Below, piece by piece: positions 30,404-39,068 of a DNA stretch of 64,000 nt. The position numbers and the translations under genes are program-made. Below the pieces are notes generated by a model. That model did not search any database, was not told the DNA's origin, and was given only the letters and a program-made list of their open reading frames with translations. Each line of letters starts with the position of its first letter. The first letter of the stretch is position 1. The DNA comes from Vibrionaceae bacterium (lineage in GTDB: Bacteria; Pseudomonadota; Gammaproteobacteria; Enterobacterales; Vibrionaceae), in assembly GCA_018222805.1 (NCBI GenBank), contig JAAEZQ010000002.1, positions 288,415 through 352,414 on the forward strand, in the 5' to 3' direction.

Positions 30404-31216
30404 TTACCCAACTTGTTTCTTATATTGGGAAGGCGATAATCCCTGCAAGCGAGTAAAAGTATGTGTGAACGTACTTTGGTTAGAGAAGCCAGTAAACTCT
30501 GCAATTTGACCAAGTGATAGCTGCCCTTGATTGATTAGCTCTCGCGCCATATCAATGCGTTTACCTAAAACATACTGATGAGGCGTAATCCCCATTTGCT
30601 CCTTAAACAGGCAGTGGAACTGACTTTCACCTAAAAACACTCGACCAGCAAGCTGAGCAACACTGATCTTGTGACTTAAATGCTGCTCGATATAACGATC
30701 GATCGCTTCCAGATCAAAACGGGATTCTTTGCGGCTGGTTTCAAAAGCGGAAATATGACGCTGCATCAATGCGATTACCGTATCGTTACAAGCGCGACTT
30801 AATAACAGATCTTCAGGGTGATTACGCATTTCCTGAACCAACATCTGTATTAACTTCTGAATTTGACCATCTAACTTAAAGTACAGGTGTGAACGCTCTA
30901 GATTATTGATTTTATTCAGCATTTCAGGATCATCATCCGTTGGTTTTGGCATATTAAGCACCAAAATGTCCGATTGATTAATCACCCCTCCGAAAGCATG
31001 ATCAGAGCAGGCGGTTACCACACACCCCTGACCCGGTCCAACGAGATTTCCCTGGCCACGCACTTCAAATTCAGCTTGCCCTTTCAACCCAATAACTATC
31101 TGAGTGTAAGAATGATCATGGCACTCCATATAAGATGGAAGTGTGATCAGTTCTGCAGGACGAGGCTGCATAATCTCTTTATATAGCGGGGCTTTCGGGT
31201 TATCTGAATCAGTCAT
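30404..31216 (-). CDS. AraC-family transcriptional regulator (cupin + HTH)
   Basis: 270 aa. C-terminal AraC HTH (GITPHQY, STFTHTFTRLQGLSPSQYKK) and an N-terminal cupin-like sensor. Sits upstream of putA on the same strand. Confidence 0.75.
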   Translation of the reverse strand: MTDSDNPKAPLYKEIMQPRPAELITLPSYMECHDHSYTQIVIGLKGQAEFEVRGQGNLVGPGQGCVVTACSDHAFGGVINQSDILVLNMPKPTDDDPEMLNKINNLERSHLYFKLDGQIQKLIQMLVQEMRNHPEDLLLSRACNDTVIALMQRHISAFETSRKESRFDLEAIDRYIEQHLSHKISVAQLAGRVFLGESQFHCLFKEQMGITPHQYVLGKRIDMARELINQGQLSLGQIAEFTGFSNQSTFTHTFTRLQGLSPSQYKKQVG

Positions 31217-31336
31217 TTCACACAGTCATCTTAAGCGTAAGGCTTACAATCACGCATGATATACCTTCTCGAGTAGCTTGCAAATCTTCAACGGATTAAT
31301 CGGACAAGATCAAATCAACATGATCAACCAAAACCA

Positions 31337-31366
31337 CATGATCATCGTTCCGGAACGATGATCATG
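31337..31366. repeat. Perfect 30-bp palindrome made of two back-to-back RctB-iteron-like 12-mers
   Basis: CATGATCATCGTTCC|GGAACGATGATCATG. Each arm contains ATGATCATCGTT, identical to the ori2 iteron at 54142-54153. It carries two GATC sites. Confidence 0.7.
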
Positions 31367-31544
31367 TTAGTTTAAACTACGGTTAACGCCAAACCAATTT
31401 TGATAATAAAAACGGATAGATAGCGAACACCATTGATTACAACCTCCACTATTAGTAAAGATCCTCACTTGTGATCGAAAGCATATTCAAACTCAACCTC
31501 CAGCGTGAAAAATAAACTACGATGATTCTATTCAATCATTGCAC

Positions 31545-31572
31545 TAGAGGGATTTCCCCCCTTACTTATATT
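31545..31572 (+). promoter_or_regulatory. Candidate vqmR promoter with VqmA-box-like palindrome
   Basis: TAGAGGGATTTCCCCCCT (31545-31562) resembles the GGGGGGATTTCCCCCC-type VqmA site recalled for V. cholerae PvqmR, with a degenerate left arm. TATATT at 31567-31572 is a candidate -10. Confidence 0.5.
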
Positions 31573-31579
31573 CCTTCGA

Positions 31580-31749
31580 TTCAATACATTAGTCTAAGAG
31601 CTTGAGGGTACATCCCCCTTTAGCCCTGGGTATCTCATTGATACCTCTAACTTACTTAGCAGGCCCTCGCTAAGTAAGTTGGAACCTCTTCTACAAGTCA
31701 ACAAGATAATATCTTGTGTTGCCAGCCCGTCTTCAGGCTGGCTTTTTTT
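31580..31749 (+). ncRNA. vqmR: Candidate VqmR small RNA
   Basis: No coding potential on the plus strand. Internal 10-bp hairpin CTTACTTAGC...GCTAAGTAAG. Strong terminator GCCAGCC...GGCTGGC plus T7 (31721-31749). Lies directly upstream of vqmA behind a VqmA-box-like palindrome. The 5' end is estimated only. Confidence 0.6.
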
Positions 31750-31872
31750 ATACATGAAAACAATAGCATAAGCTGATACCATATTGACCACCTAACTGTA
31801 TCCTCGCGTCAACTATCATTCTGAGTAATCTTAATCACGCCAACTTCAACGCCAATAAGCAATAGCGAAACG

Positions 31873-31893
31873 ACGAAAGCATGATCAAGGAAA
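31873..31893 (+). repeat. 21-nt exact copy of an inc-region RctB iteron plus flank
   Basis: ACGAAAGCATGATCAAGGAAA is identical to 53696-53716. It lies between the vqmR terminator and the vqmA start. Confidence 0.75.
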
Positions 31894-31962
31894 TCTCTTT
31901 GTGTGAATAGACAAAAACCACGACGTGAGCTTATTAACCTGTAATTACTCAGGCAGAGAGTA

Positions 31963-32694
31963 GTGAGCCCTTTTGTGAATATCCCAGTCAATAGCATAGA
32001 ACAGTCGCTCCTTCGACAACTCCCCGGTTGTTGGGGATGTAAAGATAAAGATTCAGTGTTCCGTTACGTTAATCAGGAGTATGCCGAACTACTCGGTCAC
32101 ACCAGCCCCGAACATTGTATTGGTAAGACTGACTTCGACATGCCAAGTCCAACCACTGAGTGTGCGAAAGAGTTTCAACGTCAGGATCAGTATGTTCTAG
32201 AAACTGGTGAGCCGTTGAAAATCCTTGATATTCATCCTTACCCTGATGGACGCTGGCGTGCTCATATTTTCACTAAAACACCTTGGCGAGATGAACATGG
32301 AAATACTCTGGGTACCATCTTTTACGGACGAGAACTGACAGACACCGCTGTCATCGAGGTTGGTTACTGGGTTTGCCGAGCTGTCGACACTGATCCCAAT
32401 CAGCAATCTATCTTTCGTTTCTCGAATCTGAACGCCAAGCCAGTGAAATTAACCAACCGTGAGCAAGAAACGCTTTTCTTGTTACTTTACGGGAAGAAAC
32501 CACAGTTCATTTCACAAGTGATGGGAATTTCGACCAAAACGGTCGAAGGTCACGTCGCTCGCTTGCGGAACAAGTTTGAGGCGAACAGCAAAAACGAGTT
32601 GATTGATAAAGCGATGGAGGCAGGATACGGATCTCTGGTGCCGAAGACGTTACTCAAACATCAACTTTCTGTCGTTCTTAATGGTGACAGATAA
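31963..32694 (+). CDS. vqmA: PAS-LuxR-type quorum-sensing receptor/transcription factor VqmA
   Basis: 243 aa. LRQLPGCWGCKD, IHPYPDGRWRAHIFTKTPWRD, LLLYGKKPQ and PKTLLKHQLSVVL match my recollection of V. cholerae VqmA. GTG start at 31963. C-terminal LuxR HTH. Confidence 0.75.
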   Translation: MSPFVNIPVNSIEQSLLRQLPGCWGCKDKDSVFRYVNQEYAELLGHTSPEHCIGKTDFDMPSPTTECAKEFQRQDQYVLETGEPLKILDIHPYPDGRWRAHIFTKTPWRDEHGNTLGTIFYGRELTDTAVIEVGYWVCRAVDTDPNQQSIFRFSNLNAKPVKLTNREQETLFLLLYGKKPQFISQVMGISTKTVEGHVARLRNKFEANSKNELIDKAMEAGYGSLVPKTLLKHQLSVVLNGDR

Positions 32695-32709
32695 AAATCG
32701 TAGATAACA

Positions 32710-32736
32710 AAACACCGCCGACGTGGCGGTGTTTAT
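32710..32736. terminator. Bidirectional terminator between vqmA and pdxH
   Basis: ACACCGCC-gacgt-GGCGGTGT with A and T flanks. Confidence 0.7.
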
Positions 32737-32762
32737 CAATCCTGTAAACTGACGTAGATGGA

Positions 32763-33398
32763 CTATGGCGCTAAGCGATCGATGTCCCACTTACCGTCAT
32801 GTTGTGAAAATAAGAAGCGGTCATGCAGACGGTGCTCTCCACCTTGCCAAAACTCAATACTTTGAGGTTTCACTCGGAAGCCCCCCCAAAATGACGGCAC
32901 TGGAATTTCGCCTTTGGCAAACTTTTGTTTTAGCTCGAGGAACTTTCCTTCCAATACGCCACGAGCCGAAATGCGGCTACTCTGCTTACTGGCAATCGCA
33001 GCAAGTTGGCTCTCTTTTGGGCGAGACGTGAAGTATTTCATGTTCTCCATTGCAGTTAGCTTTTCTGCAACGCCAGTGATGTGAACTTGTCGTTCTAGAG
33101 GATGCCAAGGAAAGTGCAGGCTGATGTTACTGTTATGCTCAAGTTGCTGAGCCTTACGGCTTCCTAGGTTGGTGTAAAACACAAAACCATTTTTATCTAC
33201 ATTTTTCAGCAGAACAATACGTTGATATGGCATACCATTTTCATCCACCGTAGCAACTGTCATTGCGGTAGGATCAGTTAAGCCAGCCTCAACAGCTTGC
33301 TGTAGCCAAAGGTTAAATTGATCAATAGGATCCGCCTCTAAATCTTTACGACGCAGACCACCTTTAGTGTATTCACGACGAATATCAGCAAGTTCCAT
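32763..33398 (-). CDS. pdxH: Pyridoxamine 5'-phosphate oxidase
   Basis: 211 aa. [18 protein letters not shown]-terminus and the C-terminal [14 protein letters not shown] motif, both classic for PdxH. Confidence 0.92.
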   Translation of the reverse strand: MELADIRREYTKGGLRRKDLEADPIDQFNLWLQQAVEAGLTDPTAMTVATVDENGMPYQRIVLLKNVDKNGFVFYTNLGSRKAQQLEHNSNISLHFPWHPLERQVHITGVAEKLTAMENMKYFTSRPKESQLAAIASKQSSRISARGVLEGKFLELKQKFAKGEIPVPSFWGGFRVKPQSIEFWQGGEHRLHDRFLFSQHDGKWDIDRLAP

Positions 33399-33635
33399 CT
33401 TTACTCCTTCACTATTTTTTGTCGATTGTGCTCTCGATAATAAGGAAATACAAGGACATCAATGGTTATGTCTCGTAATCGCTGCGCCTCACAGCATCAT
33501 CAGATACCTTCTGATAATATATATCCTAAGTAACTTCTATAACCCCATGATTTAAAGATGCATGATTTATGCGTCTGAAACCAAATCTCTCTCGCAGCCC
33601 CAGATAGGGATAGCGTTACATCAGGTGAGCCAAAC

Positions 33636-35486
33636 GTGAACTTACTCAATCCTAAAGCACTTCGCCACTTTTTATTGCTACTGTTTGCTATCGGCATCAC
33701 AGGACTTGCTATTACTCATCACTACGCGACGAAGTATCAACATGATCAATGGCAACAAAAATTGAGAGACCAAGCTGCATTAGTATCACAAGAAGTCGAC
33801 TACGAGCTGGCAAAGTTTGAGCAAATTCCAAACCTCTTGAGTCATGATCCAAGGCTGCTCAAAGCCGTGGAGAGAGGTATAGCTTCTGATGAGCTCAATA
33901 TCTTGCTGACAAACTGGTTAAAGCAGAGTTTAGCGGACACGATTTATGTTCATGACAGCACCGGATTGGTTATTGCTTCTAGTAATTACCAACAATCGGA
34001 TTCGTTTGTCGGTTCCAGCTTCAGTTTTCGTCCCTACTTTCAAAATGCACGGAGCGGACAAACGGCTCAGTATGTTGGCCTAGGGATACGATCGAATAAA
34101 CGCGGTTATTTTTTCTCTTCACCGCTTTGGGTCGATGACAAAGTCTTGGGCGTTATCACCGTTAAAGTCAATCTGGAACAGTTGGAAAAACGACTGGCTC
34201 AAAATGGCACTGATGTTTTGATTGCAGATAAACATAATGTTGTCTTCATGAGTAACTTACCTGAATGGCGCTACAAAGCACTGTTCCCGTTGTCCTCGGA
34301 TGCTATCCATGAGCTCACTCAAACCCGGCAATATGGTGATACTCTGCCGAAGTATAACGGTGCGATTACTGCGCAAAGCAATATCTCTGACTTTTCTGAC
34401 AACCAACTTTTGTTGTCCCCTGATTATCTTGCCTATGCCACTCACCTGTTAGATAAAGGTTTTCGTGTTGTTGCCCTGATTAATCAGGATGCGGTTCTTG
34501 CTGCAGTCATACAGGCTGATGCTGTTTATCTGATCTTGTACGCGCTCATCGCTTTGATTGCACTCGCTTGGTTTCAAATGCTGGTCAACAAAACCCACCT
34601 AGCTAACCTCAATGTCAGTTTGGAAGAAAAAGTGGTACAACGAACCGTTGTGTTAAGTGAAGCAAATCAAAAGCTGCAACAAACCGTTCGCCAATATGAA
34701 CAGAGCCAACAAGAACTTAAGCAAACACAGCAAGAGCTGACCCAAGCCGCTAAACTGGCGTTATTGGGAGAGCTGTCTGCCAGCATCAATCATGAAATTA
34801 ACCAGCCTTTAGCCGCATTAAGAACTTACACCGAGAACTCACAACGTCTACTAACACTAGAACGCTACCCGATGGTCGTAGAAAACTTAGAGAAGATGCT
34901 TACTCTGAATGACACCATTGCAGAAGTCATTGCTCGGCTCAAAGTCTTTACCCGTAAAACCGACCACAACCCTCGCAGTGAAGTGTCGATATTGCATGAC
35001 GCCGTGCACAATGCCACCAGCATATTAAGCAGTAAGCTAATCAAACTGGGCGTCACGTTAAAAGTGCCCGAGATCGATAGCAGTTTGCGATTAGCGATTC
35101 ACAGTGTTGAGTTGGAGCAAGTCTTAATCAATATCTTTCACAATGCAGCACAGGCAATGGATGGTTATTGTATCGATCCGCAAATTTCCATTGCCGTTCA
35201 ATGCCATGACTCGAGCTGTGACATTCTGATTTCTGATAATGGTCCTGGCATGTCCGACGAGGCATTAGCGAAAGTCTTCGACCCATTTTTTACCACTAAA
35301 CCAGAGGGGTTGGGACTAGGTTTGACCATTTCTAAGAGGATTTTAGAGAGCTATCAGGGCTCGCTCAGTGCCTTTAATCATAGCAATACCACTTCAGCGC
35401 CGCGCGGCGGCATGACCTTTGTGGTGACTATCCCAATGACTGAGCAATACACCACACCTCAATTAATGGAAAACGATCATGCATAA
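33636..35486 (+). CDS. Sensor histidine kinase, DctB/NtrB-like with periplasmic Cache-type domain
   Basis: 616 aa. Two TM segments flank a ~270-aa periplasmic domain. H-box SASINHEINQPLAAL, plus N and G boxes (DNGPGM, GLGLGL). GTG start. Confidence 0.8.
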   Translation: MNLLNPKALRHFLLLLFAIGITGLAITHHYATKYQHDQWQQKLRDQAALVSQEVDYELAKFEQIPNLLSHDPRLLKAVERGIASDELNILLTNWLKQSLADTIYVHDSTGLVIASSNYQQSDSFVGSSFSFRPYFQNARSGQTAQYVGLGIRSNKRGYFFSSPLWVDDKVLGVITVKVNLEQLEKRLAQNGTDVLIADKHNVVFMSNLPEWRYKALFPLSSDAIHELTQTRQYGDTLPKYNGAITAQSNISDFSDNQLLLSPDYLAYATHLLDKGFRVVALINQDAVLAAVIQADAVYLILYALIALIALAWFQMLVNKTHLANLNVSLEEKVVQRTVVLSEANQKLQQTVRQYEQSQQELKQTQQELTQAAKLALLGELSASINHEINQPLAALRTYTENSQRLLTLERYPMVVENLEKMLTLNDTIAEVIARLKVFTRKTDHNPRSEVSILHDAVHNATSILSSKLIKLGVTLKVPEIDSSLRLAIHSVELEQVLINIFHNAAQAMDGYCIDPQISIAVQCHDSSCDILISDNGPGMSDEALAKVFDPFFTTKPEGLGLGLTISKRILESYQGSLSAFNHSNTTSAPRGGMTFVVTIPMTEQYTTPQLMENDHA

Positions 35487-36705
35487 CCCTGTTTTCTTCG
35501 TAGACGATGAACCTCATATTCGTGATGCAGTATCTCAAGCCTTACTTATAGAAGGTATAGAAGTGACCTGCTTGCCAAATGCAGTCGAAGCCTTACGTGT
35601 GATCAACTCAAATACTCCGGCCGTTGTCATTACTGATATCCACATGCCTGTGATGGATGGGCTGGAGTTCATGCGAACTTTGCTTAGTAAGAATAAGCAC
35701 TTTCAATTTATCGTATTGACAGGGCACGGAGATGTAAAAACCGCGGTTGAAGCGATGAAGAGTGGAGCGTACGACTTTCTGGAAAAACCATTTTCAACTG
35801 ATCAGTTAATGAAATCGCTCCATAATGCCGACGATAAACTCAATCTACTGCAAGAAAATATCTGGCTGAAGAAAGAGCTCGACATGCAAACGCACGTCGG
35901 TCCTAAAATGATTGGTCACAGTAAAGCCATGGTAAATATTCGCCGGTTACTGATTAGCGTTCCGACGAGCCAACCATTGATATTCATTGGACAAGATGGC
36001 ACAGGTCGCAGGCTCTCGACGCAATTTGCCCATGATATACACGCAACAGCCGACAGCGAATTAATCGCCGCCTCAGGAGAAGACTTACAAGAGCTCTCTA
36101 TAGAAGCATTAGATAAAACCATTCACCATCTAACCGAAGGGAAAAGTCACTGCAGCTTATATCTGCATAGTGCGGAGAGCCTCTCTTTGGAACAATGGCA
36201 GAGCCTATTTGACCACTCAAAGCTAGAACGTGTATTCGGTGCTGCGACCCACGTGGATCAAGAATTAAGAACCATAGCGACACTGATTCACCTACCAACA
36301 CTGGATGAGCGAAAAGAAGATATTGGCCCACTGTACAAGCACTTCGTGCGCCATGCAGCCAGTCGTTACCAACTGCAACCACCGCATATCAGTCTTGATG
36401 AGGTTAAATACATTACGGAATTATCCTGGCCAGAAAACATCAAACAACTGCGCCGATTTGCAGAATTACGCGCACTGAAACCTGATACCTTTCGTATAGA
36501 AGATTGGAATAGCGACAAAAGTATCGAAATTCAGAGTATGACGCAACGCACAGAACACTTTGAATATTGTCTATTAATTGATGCATTGCAACGGCACAGA
36601 GGCAGACTTAAAGAGGTTCAACTAGAATTACAAGTATCACGCAAGACCTTGTACGACAAACTAAAAAAACATCAGTTGGATAAAGCACAATTCAAGACTC
36701 TATAG
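35479..36705 (+). CDS. Response regulator with degenerate sigma54-activator (AAA+) core and Fis-type HTH
   Basis: Receiver domain (DDEP...ITDIHMPVMDG). The Walker A position reads GQDGTGRR, the Walker B position reads LYLHS, and no GAFTGA is present. LPTLDERKEDIGPLYKHF is retained. C-terminal HTH VSRKTLYDKLKK. Overlaps the kinase stop. Confidence 0.7.
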   Translation: MHNPVFFVDDEPHIRDAVSQALLIEGIEVTCLPNAVEALRVINSNTPAVVITDIHMPVMDGLEFMRTLLSKNKHFQFIVLTGHGDVKTAVEAMKSGAYDFLEKPFSTDQLMKSLHNADDKLNLLQENIWLKKELDMQTHVGPKMIGHSKAMVNIRRLLISVPTSQPLIFIGQDGTGRRLSTQFAHDIHATADSELIAASGEDLQELSIEALDKTIHHLTEGKSHCSLYLHSAESLSLEQWQSLFDHSKLERVFGAATHVDQELRTIATLIHLPTLDERKEDIGPLYKHFVRHAASRYQLQPPHISLDEVKYITELSWPENIKQLRRFAELRALKPDTFRIEDWNSDKSIEIQSMTQRTEHFEYCLLIDALQRHRGRLKEVQLELQVSRKTLYDKLKKHQLDKAQFKTL

Positions 36706-36866
36706 CGACGGAAATCACGTCCAGAGCGCTATGGAAGAACGTTAGGAGAGTAACGGGGGAGATGCTCCCTTCACATCGGTTGATTCACGAAGACACAAGA
36801 ATAACCGCATAAGAGTAAACAGTCATAAGATCAAAAATATAATGAGCCAGGTGATCAGGGAATGTG

Positions 36867-38258
36867 ATGGGCCAAAATAATTACAGCAAACTCAGCACTG
36901 ATGAATTGGATTTTGTCGACGATAAAACCGCAGCTTTGCTTCTCAATACCCCCAATAGCGCGCGTTTAATGCTTTGGATGATGGTACTTTTTTTTGTTAC
37001 TGCCATTGGATGGGCCTCTTGGGCGAAAATCGATAAAGTCACCGTTGGTCAAGGTAAGGTCATTCCTTCCTCACAAATTCAGGTGGTCCAAAACCTGGAG
37101 GGCGGATTGGTCAAAGAAATTTTAGTGAAAGAAGGTCAGCTGGTCGAAAAAGGCCAGCAGCTACTGTTAATCGACGATACCCGCTTTCGCTCCGATTTTC
37201 GCGAACGAGAACAGCAAGTCGCGAACTTAACTGCCTCGGTGCTGCAACTTTCAGCCTCGATAAACAGTGTGGAAGTGAATCGAGATTTCGATACGGAGAA
37301 CTGGCGACAAAATGTCGTACTGGATTACGGCAAACTCACCTTTCCCCCCTTATTAGAAGAAAAACAACTACAACTGGCACAGCGTCAAAAAGCGGAATAC
37401 CGCGAAAACTTAGATAATCTGCGCAACCAGCTTTCCGTTATCGATCAACAAGTCCAACAAAAGCAACAAGATCTTGTCGAAATCGAAGCTAGAGTACGAA
37501 ACTTGCGTCAAAGCTATCAATATGTCCGTAAAGAGCTCGATATCACCAAACCCTTAGCAGACGAAGGGGTGGTGCCACGTATTGAACTGTTGAAACTACA
37601 ACGTCAGGTCAATGATACGCGTCGTGAAATGACGTCTAGCGAGCTGAAAATTCCGGTGCTCAAATCCGCGTTGAGAGAAGCTATGCTCAAGCGCATTGAT
37701 GTCGCATTACAGTTCCGCTCAGAACAACAAGAGAAACTCAATAATGCGCAAGACCAACTTTCAGAACTTGTTGAATCAGCGGTTGGTCTGGAAGACCGAG
37801 TCAATCGCACCGTCGTCAACTCGCCGGTTACTGGCAAAATAAAAACATTGAACATTAATACTGTCGGCGGCGTTATTCAGCCAGGAATGGATATCGTCGA
37901 GATTGTTCCAACCGAAGATACGTTATTGGTTGAAGCCAAAATAGCCCCGAAAGACATCGCATTTCTGCGCCCGGACTTACATGCCATAGTGAAGTTTACC
38001 GCTTATGACTTTACCAAGTACGGTGGCTTGGAAGGTGAGCTCGAGCATATCAGTGCGGACACCACTCAAGATGACGAAGGCAATAGCTTTTATATCGTCC
38101 GTATACGCACAGACAAAACCAACTTTGGTCAGGATGCCGATTTACCGATTATTCCCGGAATGACGGCATCTGTCGATATTATTACCGGGAAGAGAACAGT
38201 ATTGGAATACTTGCTTGAACCTATTTTGAAAGCCAAAACCAATGCATTAAAGGAGTAG
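36867..38258 (+). CDS. lapC: Type I secretion membrane-fusion protein (HlyD/LapC-like)
   Basis: About 463 aa. N-terminal TM segment, long coiled-coil, and a C-terminal HlyD family signature (GMTASVDIITGKRTVLEYLL). Confidence 0.8.
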   Translation: MGQNNYSKLSTDELDFVDDKTAALLLNTPNSARLMLWMMVLFFVTAIGWASWAKIDKVTVGQGKVIPSSQIQVVQNLEGGLVKEILVKEGQLVEKGQQLLLIDDTRFRSDFREREQQVANLTASVLQLSASINSVEVNRDFDTENWRQNVVLDYGKLTFPPLLEEKQLQLAQRQKAEYRENLDNLRNQLSVIDQQVQQKQQDLVEIEARVRNLRQSYQYVRKELDITKPLADEGVVPRIELLKLQRQVNDTRREMTSSELKIPVLKSALREAMLKRIDVALQFRSEQQEKLNNAQDQLSELVESAVGLEDRVNRTVVNSPVTGKIKTLNINTVGGVIQPGMDIVEIVPTEDTLLVEAKIAPKDIAFLRPDLHAIVKFTAYDFTKYGGLEGELEHISADTTQDDEGNSFYIVRIRTDKTNFGQDADLPIIPGMTASVDIITGKRTVLEYLLEPILKAKTNALKE

Positions 38259-38384
38259 ACGACACTGGGCACTCTAAGTTCACACTAAATTCATAACGGC
38301 AGAGTTTGTAAGTTGTTAAATAAAAAGTAATTATTTCTCACAGACGAACTCATTATAAGAGTACACTTGTGATGTAAATCTAAT

Positions 38385-39068
38385 ATGCAACCCTTTTCTA
38401 TATGTAAAGTCACATTACTATTTAGCTTAAGCTGTCTTTCGCTCCAAATTGGCGCGTTAAACAAAGAAGAGCAGCGATGGGTCGATAAGGTCACGGCAGT
38501 TTACGGCCAACGAGCAGGAGCGCGTGTCAGTACATGGAGAAATACACTAACCCAACTAAGTCATATGGATACTCGTGATAAACTCGACGGTGTGAACCGC
38601 TTTTTTAATCAGCTGTATTTCGTTGACGATAAAAAGCTTTGGGGCAAAACGGACTACTGGGCAACGCCTCTCGAATTCTTAGGCAGTAATGCTGGAGACT
38701 GTGAAGATTTCACCATTGCGAAGTATTTCTCATTACTCGAGCTTGGTGTACCTGACTCGAAGATGCGTTTGGTATACGTTAAAGCCATTGAACTGAATCA
38801 ATTTCATATGGTGTTAGCCTATTACCCGACTGCTAGTTCAGAGCCGCTCATTCTCGACAACCTTAATGCAGAAATTGTCAGAGCCTCTAAGCGCCGCGAC
38901 TTGCTACCGATTTACAGTTTTAATGGTACAAACCTGTGGTTAATAAAATCTTCTGCTGGTAATGGAGAACTGGCAGGAAAAGCCTCTCGTTTGAGCCTTT
39001 GGAATGACTTACGCTCACGCGAACGTAAGTTGCAGTTAAAAAAACCTAAAATTAAATATGACGAGTGA
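38385..39068 (+). CDS. lapG: Periplasmic transglutaminase-like cysteine protease (BTLCP, LapG-like)
   Basis: Signal peptide. Catalytic Cys context GDCEDFTIAKY and downstream His/Asp. Adjacent to a LapD-like gene. Confidence 0.75.
   Translation: MQPFSICKVTLLFSLSCLSLQIGALNKEEQRWVDKVTAVYGQRAGARVSTWRNTLTQLSHMDTRDKLDGVNRFFNQLYFVDDKKLWGKTDYWATPLEFLGSNAGDCEDFTIAKYFSLLELGVPDSKMRLVYVKAIELNQFHMVLAYYPTASSEPLILDNLNAEIVRASKRRDLLPIYSFNGTNLWLIKSSAGNGELAGKASRLSLWNDLRSRERKLQLKKPKIKYDE

Noticed and set aside
31319-31330. ATGATCAACCAA as a full iteron.
   Set aside because: The core is present but the flank (GTTTTGG on the minus strand) does not fit the GRAANN flank shared by the other sites. It is kept only as weak supporting evidence.
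31594-31791. 65-aa minus-strand ORF overlapping the candidate vqmR.
   Set aside because: It is antisense to a structured, terminator-ended non-coding unit and has no SD. Its sequence looks like a translated hairpin and terminator.
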